DNA of 46,305 nt from Fonticula alba ATCC 38817 (Eukaryota; Protista; Nucleariida): assembly GCA_000388065.2 (NCBI GenBank), contig KB932201.1. The stretch is one strand, 5' to 3'. This document shows, piece after piece, positions 46,234-46,305 of the stretch; position 1 is the first letter of the stretch, and the number at the start of each line of letters is the position of its first letter. The position numbers and the translations under genes were made by a program. The notes under the pieces are model-generated. The model did not search any database. It was not told where the DNA came from and saw only the letters and a list, made by a program, of their open reading frames with translations.

Positions 46234-46305
46234 GCCAACCGGCCTGCCGCCTGGTCTCCCGCTGTCATCCTCATTCTTTCCTTTTGCCTCCCCCCCTCTC
46301 TCTCT

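Overview
GC-rich, intron-containing eukaryotic genomic DNA with long C/G homopolymers, (GT)n tracts and five N gaps. The style and gene set suggest a unicellular opisthokont such as Fonticula alba (inference; no search run). I reconstructed 11 protein-coding genes by hand from splice signals and frame continuity: RPS15A, a large phospholipase C, twinfilin, Enhancer of polycomb-like, NUP62/NSP1, RPB5, cytosolic HSP90, an inositol polyphosphate kinase, NDUFAF6, TOM70 and SAYSD1. The main finding is at 4313-11267 (minus strand). What the ORF track shows as unrelated LIM, SH2-like and PLC fragments splices in frame through 11 canonical introns into one predicted 1751-aa protein: 3xLIM - SH2-like - EF-hand-like - PLC X/Y - C2. 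Its catalytic residues are intact, the X-Y linker is very short, there is no recognisable PH domain, and two identical EYLDG tyrosine motifs flank the SH2. Secondary findings: none of 33 inferred coding-region 5' splice sites has A at +4 (26 C, 7 T), and the RPS15A 5'UTR intron holds a candidate uORF cassette exon and related stem-loops. Most other ORFs in the supplied track are antisense shadows or products of homopolymer and microsatellite sequence.
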